From positions 32,833 through 96,832 of the IMG/VR virus record IMGVR_UViG_3300008107_000029: a stretch of 64,000 nt of DNA; one strand, given 5' to 3'. Source of the DNA: a virus. Below the pieces are notes generated by a model, which saw only the letters and a program-made list of their open reading frames with translations, did no database searches and had not been told where the DNA came from. Each line of letters opens with the position of its first letter. Positions within the stretch are counted from its first letter, which is position 1. The translations under genes and the position numbers were made by a program. Positions 24,459 through 33,256 of this stretch are shown piece after piece.

Positions 24459-25211
24459 CTTATAGGATTTTGGAACACGGTAGTGTCTACCGTAAGAACT
24501 TACAATCTTTCTAAGCAATCTTTCTAGCCTTATTTGTTGTTCTACTTCAGGGATGTGAGTGATTTCCATTTCCCACTCATCCCTTTTAAATGGTATTACT
24601 TGAACTATTGGAGTCCCTGCCTCAATAATTCCTTCAAAATCTTTTTGAATAATGAATGGTGGATTCACATCTGTTTCTAACTTATCAGTGTCAACAACAC
24701 CTGCAATTGTTTTAAAAGGTAGGGAGTTGTAGCCAACTGGATGGATAAACAAAGTTGAGTATCCTGGTGGCGTCTTTATAATCCAATGCCCACTCCATTT
24801 GTATACTTGATCTGAATATCCTTCGGGAATGTCATACCCCTTAAATTGATCAGTGCTCCATCTGGTTACTGGGTTGATTGAAGAGGCAAAGAATGCTTCT
24901 TGAGTAGTATTGTTTCTATTGGCACCATCTCTATATGCAAATTCTATATCGCAATGAGACTTAATAATATATCCAGCAGTTAATCCATCTAAGATTGGTA
25001 AGCATCTTTTTAATCCAACATTTGGAACTCCATTGCCAGAAGACTCACCATTCTTACCATCTCTTCTGTAAGCCTGCATGCTAAATTTATCTTCACCCCA
25101 TAAATAATGTGGAAGATCTTTCCACCATTGTGGGATCATTTTAGAAGCAGGTTCTGGCTGTGGAAAAGCCTGAGTTACTGGAGTTCTAGATTCAAATATA
25201 ATTTTTGGCAC
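24456..25211 (-). CDS. conserved beta-rich phage protein; paralog of 2346..3047
   Basis: PEPA...PQWWK, KRCLPILD...GY, W.IKTPPGYS..F.HP, GVVDTD, GTP..QVIPFKR. Confidence 0.7.
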   Translation of the reverse strand: MPKIIFESRTPVTQAFPQPEPASKMIPQWWKDLPHYLWGEDKFSMQAYRRDGKNGESSGNGVPNVGLKRCLPILDGLTAGYIIKSHCDIEFAYRDGANRNNTTQEAFFASSINPVTRWSTDQFKGYDIPEGYSDQVYKWSGHWIIKTPPGYSTLFIHPVGYNSLPFKTIAGVVDTDKLETDVNPPFIIQKDFEGIIEAGTPIVQVIPFKRDEWEMEITHIPEVEQQIRLERLLRKIVSSYGRHYRVPKSYK

Positions 25212-25232
25212 TGCTTACCTTTCGACTTTCTA

Positions 25233-25241
25233 ATTATAACA
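25233..25241 (-). promoter_or_regulatory. extended -10 promoter
   Basis: TGTTATAAT just downstream of the terminator, upstream of GTG 25211. Confidence 0.55.
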
Positions 25242-25242
25242 T

Positions 25243-25272
25243 AAAGGGGATGGGCTGTAAAGCCCACCCCCT
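25243..25272 (-). terminator. intrinsic terminator
   Basis: GGGGTGGGCT-TTAC-AGCCCATCCCC followed by TTT(ATGTT) after 25287..26309. Confidence 0.8.
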
Positions 25273-25286
25273 CTAATATTAAAGGA

Positions 25287-26309
25287 CTACTTAAGTAGTG
25301 CTACCTTTGCACGTGGATTCTTTGCGTTCCACTTCTTTGCAAGAGCATTGTACTTAGCCTTGTATGTAGCAAGTGCTAGATCAGCAGATGCCTTTGCAGT
25401 TGTTGCTGCAGTTGTTGCAGTTGCTGAATCGCTTGCACGACCAGCCTTTTCTGTAGCAAGTGCAGAGGTAAGTTCAAGTACCTTTGCATCTGATGCTGCA
25501 CGAGCAGTACGCTCTGCTGCAAGTTGAGCAACTAGTGATGCGTTTGTTGTTGCAAGGTCTGCAACATCTACGAATCTAGTTACTGTCTTAACTGCTGCAG
25601 GAAGGCCTACAACATCAGTAGCAGTAATTGCAAACTGAAGTGCTGCACGAGAAGCAGTTGCTGGATATGTAATGTTAACCTTAGAAACTCCAGTTGCTGT
25701 ATCAGATGCAGATACTGTTCCTGCTGTTGCTCCAATTGCTGTAACTACTGGAGTTGTTGCAGATGGAACGTTTCCAAAAACATCTGAGACCTTAACTTGT
25801 GCTTCTACGATTGAAGAGGTGCTTACTGAGTCAAGCGTTGTTACAACTAGGTTGTACGCTGGACCAGCAGTTCCCTTTACATAGTAAACGAAAGAATTTC
25901 CCTTTACATTGATTGTTACAGTTCCAACTGCTGTAGTTTTAGTATATACATAAAACTCTGCTGTAGATCCAGTTCCTGTATTAACAGACCATGTTGATGA
26001 TCCTGATGCAGAAGTTACTGGAGCAGCATCTGTATGGAGTGCTGTTACGATTGTAGCATTTGTTGCAACTGCAGTGACTGCAGTTCCTGTCTCAATGCCA
26101 CTGATGGCAAAACGAACTGCATCTGCAGCGTCTACCTTGTTATCTGATGGAACAGTAACTACTGCTGCACCAGCCTGTGTGTTTGCGTCGTTATCGGCAA
26201 CTGTTGCTACCGTAAGTACGACTGTTGGAACGTTTGCACTTGCAGATGTTGCAAGCAAAACTGATCCTAGAAGTGCAGTTACTACTGCACCGATTGTCAT
26301 TTTCTTCAT
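25287..26309 (-). CDS. secreted Ala/Thr/Val-rich surface protein with C-terminal coiled coil
   Basis: Signal peptide MKKMTIGAVVTALLGSVLLATSASA; Ig-like beta region; C-terminus YNALAKKWNAKNPRAKVALLK. Confidence 0.75.
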   Translation of the reverse strand: MKKMTIGAVVTALLGSVLLATSASANVPTVVLTVATVADNDANTQAGAAVVTVPSDNKVDAADAVRFAISGIETGTAVTAVATNATIVTALHTDAAPVTSASGSSTWSVNTGTGSTAEFYVYTKTTAVGTVTINVKGNSFVYYVKGTAGPAYNLVVTTLDSVSTSSIVEAQVKVSDVFGNVPSATTPVVTAIGATAGTVSASDTATGVSKVNITYPATASRAALQFAITATDVVGLPAAVKTVTRFVDVADLATTNASLVAQLAAERTARAASDAKVLELTSALATEKAGRASDSATATTAATTAKASADLALATYKAKYNALAKKWNAKNPRAKVALLK

Positions 26310-26355
26310 TATTACCTTTCGATTGGTTTTGTATTTGGCATGATTGCCAGATACT

Positions 26356-26385
26356 ATTATAGCCTATTGACGTTTTACATGTCAA
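26356..26385 (-). promoter_or_regulatory. sigma-70-type promoter overlapped by an inverted repeat
   Basis: TTGACA-18 nt-TATAAT. Confidence 0.75.
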
Positions 26386-26402
26386 ATAGGAATCTTATAT
26401 TA

Positions 26403-26603
26403 CTAGATCGTGTCTCTTTCGTCTAGTATCTCAAGCATGAAACTCATCATTTTAGCATATCCAATTGGGTCATCAACTATGGCGTTATAGTGGTGTCCAC
26501 AAAATAGCAGTTCACCAGTGATACCTTTGACCTTAACATAGGCCTGTGCCCCACAGGAGTCACATCTGTCTGTAGCATTAAGAACTTTGATTATTGTTTC
26601 CAT
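26403..26603 (-). CDS. small actinobacterial-type Zn-binding protein (DUF7455-like)
   Basis: L.A.DRCD.CGAQAYV......EL.FCGHH. Confidence 0.75.
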   Translation of the reverse strand: METIIKVLNATDRCDSCGAQAYVKVKGITGELLFCGHHYNAIVDDPIGYAKMMSFMLEILDERDTI

Positions 26604-26609
26604 GGCTTA

Positions 26610-26638
26610 ATTATCCCATCCTTTATTGGATATGTCAA
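26610..26638 (-). promoter_or_regulatory. leaderless sigma-70-type promoter
   Basis: TTGACA-17 nt-GATAAT-6 nt-ATG(26603). Confidence 0.75.
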
Positions 26639-26639
26639 G

Positions 26640-27278
26640 TCAGTGCCTATAGTAGTTTGAATACCAGATGTCAGTGTATCCTTTAATTGATTCAAAGTCC
26701 ATTGACCTAAGAGACTCTTCGTCTGGAAAATACTTTAATGTAAAGTTATCCCAGTTTTCTTTTGTTGCCTGATCAAAGTGGAAATCTAAACTTATTAAAA
26801 ACATTAGTTCCATAGACCAAGACCAAAAAGTTTTATGAGGGATCTGGCTAGCAATTTCTTTCATGTTCTTTAAACAGTCTTCTGGATCTTCTAACTCATA
26901 GTGATCTAACAGAAGGGCATCAAATGTTTCCTGAGTTTTAAAGTTATTAATGTCTTCATTGATAATGGTAACATTACTTGGAAGGATGTTTGTATTAAGA
27001 AACATATCAATAACTTCTTTAGATGATTCTACTACGGTAACAGAGTTTACTCCTTTTTTTTGAGCCACCCACAAAGCAAGAATTCCAAAACCAAGACCAG
27101 ACATCAGTACGTTGCCAGTTGCTAGGTCGTATGAAGAATAAAGATCTTCAATTTCGTCCAAATTCTTTTTACCTAAAACCATCCATTGCCTATCATCATT
27201 AAACAAATAATAATTGATATCATCTTCGGTTATTCTAACCTTGTTAATTTTTGATGGAATTATATTAAACTTTGGCAC
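26640..27278 (-). CDS. class I SAM-dependent methyltransferase-fold protein (spermidine-synthase-like motif)
   Basis: GNVLMSGLGFG motif I, VTVVE.S.EVI, II.ED, FD..LLD. Start may be ATT at 27296/27299. Confidence 0.75.
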   Translation of the reverse strand: MPKFNIIPSKINKVRITEDDINYYLFNDDRQWMVLGKKNLDEIEDLYSSYDLATGNVLMSGLGFGILALWVAQKKGVNSVTVVESSKEVIDMFLNTNILPSNVTIINEDINNFKTQETFDALLLDHYELEDPEDCLKNMKEIASQIPHKTFWSWSMELMFLISLDFHFDQATKENWDNFTLKYFPDEESLRSMDFESIKGYTDIWYSNYYRH

Positions 27279-27341
27279 TGTATTTAAATCAAAAATAATC
27301 TAGCCACCTTCCATAAATAATTGGTTAGTGGCTAAATTATA

Positions 27342-27656
27342 CTACTTATTTGCTTTCTTGTCAACTGCACTGAATGCTTCGTTAATCTCAGAAGCACTTA
27401 ACTTACCGTCATCTAGGAACGCTCTTGCTAGTTTTTCAACTACTGTAGCGACTCCAAGAGTTCCAGCCATAATTACTGCTGTGATTGTATCGATTCCAAC
27501 TAGGGAACCTGCACCTATGATTGATAGTCCTGACGCTGCAAAAACTGCAATGATTCTCATAAGAATATTCCATAGGTTAGTTACGGCTGTTGAGCCAATA
27601 ACTTCTTCTCCTGTAGTAGGATCAGTAATCGTTACGTCTACTTTCTTTCTTGCCAT
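27342..27656 (-). CDS. membrane protein, holin-like
   Basis: Two hydrophobic helices; DDGKLS..EIN.AF tail; GGAGGAG SD. Confidence 0.6.
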   Translation of the reverse strand: MARKKVDVTITDPTTGEEVIGSTAVTNLWNILMRIIAVFAASGLSIIGAGSLVGIDTITAVIMAGTLGVATVVEKLARAFLDDGKLSASEINEAFSAVDKKANK

Positions 27657-27658
27657 AT

Positions 27659-27829
27659 TTACTCCTCCTCTCTATTACGAATTGGATAACTTAATATCCA
27701 AGTCGTCATGGTTATTAATATTCCGTAACCAACTACGGTCTTTGCAGACCCGTCTAAAACAACCCAGGCAATAAACATACCAAGGAGAGTCCATTGTTGA
27801 TCTAGGATATCTTTTATTAGTTTTACCAT
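27659..27829 (-). CDS. small two-helix membrane protein (56 aa)
   Basis: Below cutoff: MVKLIKDILDQQWTLLGMFIAWVVLDGSAKTVVGYGILITMTTWILSYPIRNREEE; overlaps the stop of the PA14 gene. Confidence 0.75.
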   Translation of the reverse strand: MVKLIKDILDQQWTLLGMFIAWVVLDGSAKTVVGYGILITMTTWILSYPIRNREEE

Positions 27830-30084
27830 TTTCCATTCCTCCTTGTAGCACCTGAATTTGTTCCACCACTAGGTCCACCACCTGATGATCCACCACCTGC
27901 TGGTGAAGAACCACCTGCTGCAAGGCCAACAGCATTCAATGCTGCTCCCGTTGCCACAACTGTTGCTACAACCATATCTGTAGCCTCTTCTCTTTCTTCT
28001 GCAGTCATATCTGCACCAATACTTCCTAGTGCTGCTAATGCTGCTCCTGGATCTGTAAACGCTGCTTCTAATAATGCACCTGGATCTTGAACAAGTTCAA
28101 CATTTGCAGCAACCTGGGCTGTAATAATTAATGCGTTTCCGTTTTCATCTGTACGAACTTCAACTGGTGTTGAAGGTGGTAGGTCTGAATAAGAAACTCC
28201 AGATGCTTTAATATCTGCAGCAGATAAAGATTCTCCAGGCTTGAGATCTTCAAGCAACGAAGCAACAACAACTTCTTTTTGTTCTTCAGTTAATTCCTTA
28301 CCTTCTTTTGCATCTTCAAGAATCTTATCTAGTTTTTCTTCTTCAGCCTTTGCTGCTTCCTCCTCAGCCTTAGCGTTTTCTAATTCTTTTTCTTTTGCTT
28401 CAGCCTCTGCTTTAGCATCTTCTGCTGCTTGTTTAGCAGCCTCTTCTTCTGCTTTCTTTGCTTCTGCTTCAGCCTTTGCATCTTCCTCTGCCTGTCGTGC
28501 TGCCTCTGCTTCTGCTTCTAATCTTTCTGCCTCTGCTTTTTCAGCATCAGCCTTTGCCTTTGCTGCTTCTTCTTCTGCAGCAATTCTGTCAGCCTCTGCT
28601 TTTGCTGCAGCCTCTTCTGCTGCTATACGATCAGCCTCTGCTTTGGCTGCTGCTTCCTCTGCTGCGATTCTATCTGCTTCTGCTTTTGCTGCTGCTGCCT
28701 CTGCAGCAAGTCTTGCTTGTTCTGCTTGATATGCTTGCTCTGCAGCAATACGTGCATTCTCTGCTGCGATTGCAGCAAGTCTTGCAGCCTCTGCTGCTGC
28801 AGCAGCCTGTCGTGCTGCTTCTTCTTCTGCTAGTTTGCTATCAACTGCTGCATCTGCTGCTGAAACTGCAGCATTCATATTTGAAATAGCAGGAGCAATT
28901 GCTGAGATTGCTTGAGTTGTTGCATTGGTAGCAGATGTTAAATTATTTATTGCTACTGTTGCAGACTCATTTTTTTGTGTTGCAATATTTTGTGCACTAG
29001 TCTGTTGTCCAATATATGTATTTAAAACTTGAGTGTCTGTTACAAGAGTCTGCTTGGCAGTCTCCAGTGCTTGAACCAATGCTGGATCTTGAGTTGTTGT
29101 GATGGTTGAAAATGCTGATGCCTGTGGAAATGTAAAGTAACCAGTTCCGTTAGCACGAAAAATTAACCATCCTAAATGAACTTCTGCCCCTCCACCATTT
29201 TCATAATACCAAAGAACAAAATCTTGCTTCTTGTCTGTAGAAACATCATATGTTTGGCTATAAGGACTATAAGATGTTCCTTGATCTACCCAGTTGTTAA
29301 TTGCTACCTGACCATCAATATAAAGTCTAGTTCCATCATCTGCATATGTGTTATATCTAACTAGGGCTGCTTCTTCTGGAAGTGTGATGGTTCCTTCAAA
29401 CTTAACTATAACTCGGTCAACTTTTCCTGAGTTAAGAACCTGACCACCTTCCCAAACATGAGAAAGAGATGCAACAGTTGTTGTTGAAAGTGGGGTTGTG
29501 CTTGCTGTAGGTAGTTGAGCGTTTGGATTTCCACTGTATTCGTAGGTAGTTGCCTTGACACCGTTTACAACAGTTTCAACTACTGAAGCATTAACTGCAG
29601 CCTGAGCAGATGTTACAGTTGCACTGTCTGAGGCTACAATTTGAGTTTGAGTATTGACCCTAGCAGTGGCTGTCTCTACATTTGCAAGGGCTATATTCTT
29701 TTCTTGCACTGCTGCATTTGCTACAACGGTTGCAGATTCTTGATTAGCAATAGCCACAGTAGCACTATCAACTACTGCCTTGGCCTGTTGTATTGAGTTC
29801 TGAGCCTCTGTGATAGTGGCTGTAACAGTCTCTGTAGGCTGTGTGATGGCTGTTGCTTGTGTTTGGATCAACGCCGTTGCTGTTTCAGCCTGAGTTATAG
29901 CAACCTGGGCTGCCTCTATAGTGGCTGTTGGCGTTAAGATTATAGTTGTGGCAGTAGATGATTCTGAGGGGGTTATTTGGACAGTGGTAACTTCTTCAGC
30001 GTAGGCTTCTTTTTGTGATAATAGTAGTAGCCAAAACACCAACAATGTTGTTATAAATGCTGACCTTAGTACTAATCTCTTAAT
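27823..30084 (-). CDS. exported PA14-domain protein on a long Ala/Glu coiled-coil stalk with C-terminal membrane segment
   Basis: ADDG.RLYIDG...INNW.DQ and YYENGGGA (PA14); EA-rich repeats; hydrophobic C-terminal stretch. Start extended from TTG 30045 to ATT 30084 (SD plus full signal peptide). Confidence 0.8.
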   Translation of the reverse strand: MKRLVLRSAFITTLLVFWLLLLSQKEAYAEEVTTVQITPSESSTATTIILTPTATIEAAQVAITQAETATALIQTQATAITQPTETVTATITEAQNSIQQAKAVVDSATVAIANQESATVVANAAVQEKNIALANVETATARVNTQTQIVASDSATVTSAQAAVNASVVETVVNGVKATTYEYSGNPNAQLPTASTTPLSTTTVASLSHVWEGGQVLNSGKVDRVIVKFEGTITLPEEAALVRYNTYADDGTRLYIDGQVAINNWVDQGTSYSPYSQTYDVSTDKKQDFVLWYYENGGGAEVHLGWLIFRANGTGYFTFPQASAFSTITTTQDPALVQALETAKQTLVTDTQVLNTYIGQQTSAQNIATQKNESATVAINNLTSATNATTQAISAIAPAISNMNAAVSAADAAVDSKLAEEEAARQAAAAAEAARLAAIAAENARIAAEQAYQAEQARLAAEAAAAKAEADRIAAEEAAAKAEADRIAAEEAAAKAEADRIAAEEEAAKAKADAEKAEAERLEAEAEAARQAEEDAKAEAEAKKAEEEAAKQAAEDAKAEAEAKEKELENAKAEEEAAKAEEEKLDKILEDAKEGKELTEEQKEVVVASLLEDLKPGESLSAADIKASGVSYSDLPPSTPVEVRTDENGNALIITAQVAANVELVQDPGALLEAAFTDPGAALAALGSIGADMTAEEREEATDMVVATVVATGAALNAVGLAAGGSSPAGGGSSGGGPSGGTNSGATRRNGKW
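28559..28690 (-). repeat. three 42-nt tandem repeats encoding AEADRIAAEEAAAK
   Basis: Visible in translation; synonymous divergence at DNA level. Confidence 0.85.
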
Positions 30085-30133
30085 CCTTTTCTCCTAGATG
30101 CCATAAGAATGACATACAAGTTAATTATACAAT

Positions 30134-30172
30134 AAATAGGATAGTGAGTTCAGAAAACCCACTACCCTATTT
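30134..30172 (-). terminator. long hairpin, probable terminator after the M23 gene
   Basis: AATAGGGTAGTGGGTT-TTCTG-AACTCACTATCCTATT then TATTG. Confidence 0.7.
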
Positions 30173-30182
30173 TGTTAATTGA

Positions 30183-30581
30183 TTAAGATGCAAGAATTGC
30201 TGCAGGATCAATATCCTGTCCAGCACTCCATTTAATATTTGATCTCATTTCAAAGTGAAGATGAGGACCAGAAGAATTTCCTGTATTCCCAGATTTTCCT
30301 ATGACCTGTCCTTTCTTTACTGTAGCACCAGGCTTGACATCTGCTGCAGATAGATGAGCATAAATTACCCAACCACCTGAAACTTTTTGTACTAATTGTG
30401 TACCATAACTGGCTCCCCAGTTAGCATTTTCAATCTTTCCATCTGCTACTGCAACAATTGGTGTTCCTCCTGGAACTGCAAAATCCACACCTGTGTGGTA
30501 GCCTTTGCTCCACATCTTACCAAGTTTCTTGTAAGGTGTAGTAATTTTGCCATTTGTAATTGGTAGACCCAAAGTGAGCAC
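30183..30581 (-). CDS. M23 family peptidase
   Basis: HTGVDF, YAHL, GNSSGPHLHFE. Confidence 0.92.
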   Translation of the reverse strand: MLTLGLPITNGKITTPYKKLGKMWSKGYHTGVDFAVPGGTPIVAVADGKIENANWGASYGTQLVQKVSGGWVIYAHLSAADVKPGATVKKGQVIGKSGNTGNSSGPHLHFEMRSNIKWSAGQDIDPAAILAS

Positions 30582-30601
30582 CCCCTTTCATTAACATCCT
30601 A

Positions 30602-32395
30602 TCAGACAATGCGTAATGATCCTAGATAATCTTCAATGTCATTTGGCATTGGATATCTAGGTGTATGGGTAACTCCTTCTTTTTTCATTCTCTTCTCTTC
30701 TTCAAGACGATTATCTCTTTTATTATCTGCGTAAGTGTGGACTTCAATATCACCGAACTCTGTTCTGGTGCTTCTTGTAAGTGCATTGTAGATTGCCCCA
30801 CAGGTGGCGTCTGCAAGGTCTTTAGAGCCTTTTCTTGGGTGATCCACCTTATCCTTAATGATTCGCAATCTTAATAATTCATTAATTAACAATTCAATTC
30901 TTGGTCCCTTAACACGCTCTTCAGATATAACCATAGACATATCTTCATAGTGCTTCTTTGCCACAGACAAATTCTCAGTATAAATACCGACTGCTTTAAG
31001 GTCCGTCATCATTTCAAATGAGTTCCAACGGTCAAACGTAACCATTCTTAATGGGAATCCCATTCTTCTAATGTTAATGATAAACTCTTTTACCTCAGTA
31101 AAACTGACTGCCTCGTTTGGCTTAGGTGTCCAGTATTTAACAAAGTCGACTTTAACAACTGGGACTTTTTGCTCATAGTTATTAAACTGTTTAATATAAA
31201 CCCATCTGTCAATGTGTGCCATAGTGACAGCACAATGGTCATGCTTTTGGGCAAGGTCGACGTGAATAAAATATTCCTTTTCATCCTCTGGACTAAACCA
31301 ATCGTGGAATCTACCATCGTCTGTAATTGGATCAAATTCTGAGAATGCAGTTTCGATCTTTTCTCTGGACTTAAAGAATGCATCAATTGCTTCTGATGGC
31401 ATACAAGCAAAACGAGATAATGCATCTGCTGGATTTGTAAAGAACGCTACCTTAAAGTCATCAATAGTTCTTGTTGGGTTAACCTCCCAAGTAGGTCTCT
31501 TCATTGCAAAGACCTTTGGAATCTTGTATGCATTAATATGGTCTTCTTCCCATTCAATAGTAAACTTGTTTCCTTCTGCGTCTCCTAGTTCTTCATCTAG
31601 GATAAACTCATAGGATCTCATTACAACTTCTTTATCTGCCACCACGGCTTCGTATCTTTGCTGAATGTAGTCACCCTTATATCTTGGGAACGATAGCAGG
31701 ACTACCTTTCCAAAGTCTGGAAAACGGGAGTCTACAGATGCACGATACATATCATAGATTGCATCTCCAGTTTTAGCCTGGTCATTTCCAGATGTAGAGT
31801 CTAGGCTGAATCCAGAAATCTCATCAAGGATAACTGCAATAACGTTGTATCCTTCAAACGCTTCTCTTTCTGAGTGGCCTGAGTAACAAGATATGTTCTT
31901 ATCAAAATCTATGCTGTCAGCCTTCTTAATATATTTGTTTGCAAACCAAGGAGACTTTTCAATTCTATTAGAAAGACCTTTAAAGAAAACATTCTTAGCC
32001 TGCTGTGCGTTAACTGCAATATTGATAATATCAATAGAGTCACCAGGTGGCTTTCCAAAATACTTTGCTGGATCCTTTAAACATAGCAATAAATAAACCA
32101 TATAGGCTACAGCAATTGTAGACATATAGTCTTTTCCAGATCCTTTTCCTAACTGCAAGATAACTTCATTGCAAGTTTGTTGATAACGCTTTAGTCCTTC
32201 TTCTTCGCCATATAGATTAATGAGGGTTGACTTTTTATACACCTGGCTCATTGCACGAATAGATTGATATTGTAATTCTGATAGTGGTGGTAGGTCTAAG
32301 TATTTGGTAGATGTTACAAACTCTTCAATCATTACTGGGCGTTCATCAAAATCATCGCCACCTAGAATATCTAGGAAGTCATTAAATCCTGTCAC
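30602..32395 (-). CDS. terL: terminase large subunit
   Basis: Walker A GKGSGKD, Walker B VILDE, nuclease HVDLA..HD and KD.ADA. Confidence 0.9.
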   Translation of the reverse strand: MTGFNDFLDILGGDDFDERPVMIEEFVTSTKYLDLPPLSELQYQSIRAMSQVYKKSTLINLYGEEEGLKRYQQTCNEVILQLGKGSGKDYMSTIAVAYMVYLLLCLKDPAKYFGKPPGDSIDIINIAVNAQQAKNVFFKGLSNRIEKSPWFANKYIKKADSIDFDKNISCYSGHSEREAFEGYNVIAVILDEISGFSLDSTSGNDQAKTGDAIYDMYRASVDSRFPDFGKVVLLSFPRYKGDYIQQRYEAVVADKEVVMRSYEFILDEELGDAEGNKFTIEWEEDHINAYKIPKVFAMKRPTWEVNPTRTIDDFKVAFFTNPADALSRFACMPSEAIDAFFKSREKIETAFSEFDPITDDGRFHDWFSPEDEKEYFIHVDLAQKHDHCAVTMAHIDRWVYIKQFNNYEQKVPVVKVDFVKYWTPKPNEAVSFTEVKEFIINIRRMGFPLRMVTFDRWNSFEMMTDLKAVGIYTENLSVAKKHYEDMSMVISEERVKGPRIELLINELLRLRIIKDKVDHPRKGSKDLADATCGAIYNALTRSTRTEFGDIEVHTYADNKRDNRLEEEKRMKKEGVTHTPRYPMPNDIEDYLGSLRIV

Positions 32396-32934
32396 TACTC
32401 TGCCCTTGCTGGATAAACTTGAATAATCTCTGCCTTGCCACTGTAATCTGCAAGTCTCTTTCTAACTTCAGATCTGCACTTATCGCAGTCAGCAACTACA
32501 TCTCTAAGGATAGATGCTAAGACTTCTTGCTTTTCTTCTGTCTCTGCAATCATAGATGCGACTTCATTGTTTTCTAGCAAGCCTGCTTTTTGCAGCATCT
32601 CAATTCTTTTTCCTTCAATGTCAGCAACTAGTTTGATCGCAGTGGCTTTTGTTCTTAAGTCTCCTGCTTGATCTGCATCGTCAATTGTTCTCCATGCTTC
32701 TTTAATTAACATTGCATAGTGCTGGTCTGCAGCAGATAAAGCCTCTCTGGCACGTTCGTGAACAGTACTGTTATTGCTAACAATTGCTCTCCACTCATTC
32801 AAAGCCTCAACAACTTCGTTTCTTGACATATTAAGGGCTTTGCCAATTGCAAGTGGGCTTGTGTTGCCTCTGAGGAATTCCTCAACAACCTTTGCAATAG
32901 TTTCTGAACGTTCTGCTACTTCAATTTCACTCAT
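32395..32934 (-). CDS. probable terminase small subunit
   Basis: N-terminal HTH-like segment, helical body, translationally coupled to terL. Confidence 0.55.
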   Translation of the reverse strand: MSEIEVAERSETIAKVVEEFLRGNTSPLAIGKALNMSRNEVVEALNEWRAIVSNNSTVHERAREALSAADQHYAMLIKEAWRTIDDADQAGDLRTKATAIKLVADIEGKRIEMLQKAGLLENNEVASMIAETEEKQEVLASILRDVVADCDKCRSEVRKRLADYSGKAEIIQVYPARAE

Positions 32935-33256
32935 CTTGCTTCTGTCTCTTCCTTGCTACTAATAGAAGAACAAGGTATCCAACTAGATCATCTAGTGTGT
33001 CATCCCCTACGTATTCGTGTCCTCTTGAAAGTCTAGATAACTTGTCATCAATTCTGACGGCAAGTTGTTCCATACTGTTAGCCCTACTAAAGATTCTAAC
33101 AGGTTCAAGGGCACTATTTCCATAGGCCTTATTCTTGTTTACAAGGAGTGATCCAATTCTTAAAGTCTCATTTGCAATTAACTCTTGAGTCTTGTTATCG
33201 CCTTGCAACGCTTCCATTATATCTTCTAAACTAGCATTTGTCAATTTTTTGACCAC
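32927..33256 (-). CDS. DUF1599 / nucleotide-modification-associated domain protein
   Basis: KN..YGNS, RIDDKLSRL, DT..DLVGY. Confidence 0.78.
   Translation of the reverse strand: MVKKLTNASLEDIMEALQGDNKTQELIANETLRIGSLLVNKNKAYGNSALEPVRIFSRANSMEQLAVRIDDKLSRLSRGHEYVGDDTLDDLVGYLVLLLVARKRQKQDE

Noticed and set aside
27675-27935. 86-aa minus-strand ORF in the track
   Set aside because: Wrong frame; the 56-aa membrane protein at 27659..27829 fits the gene packing and looks like a real protein.
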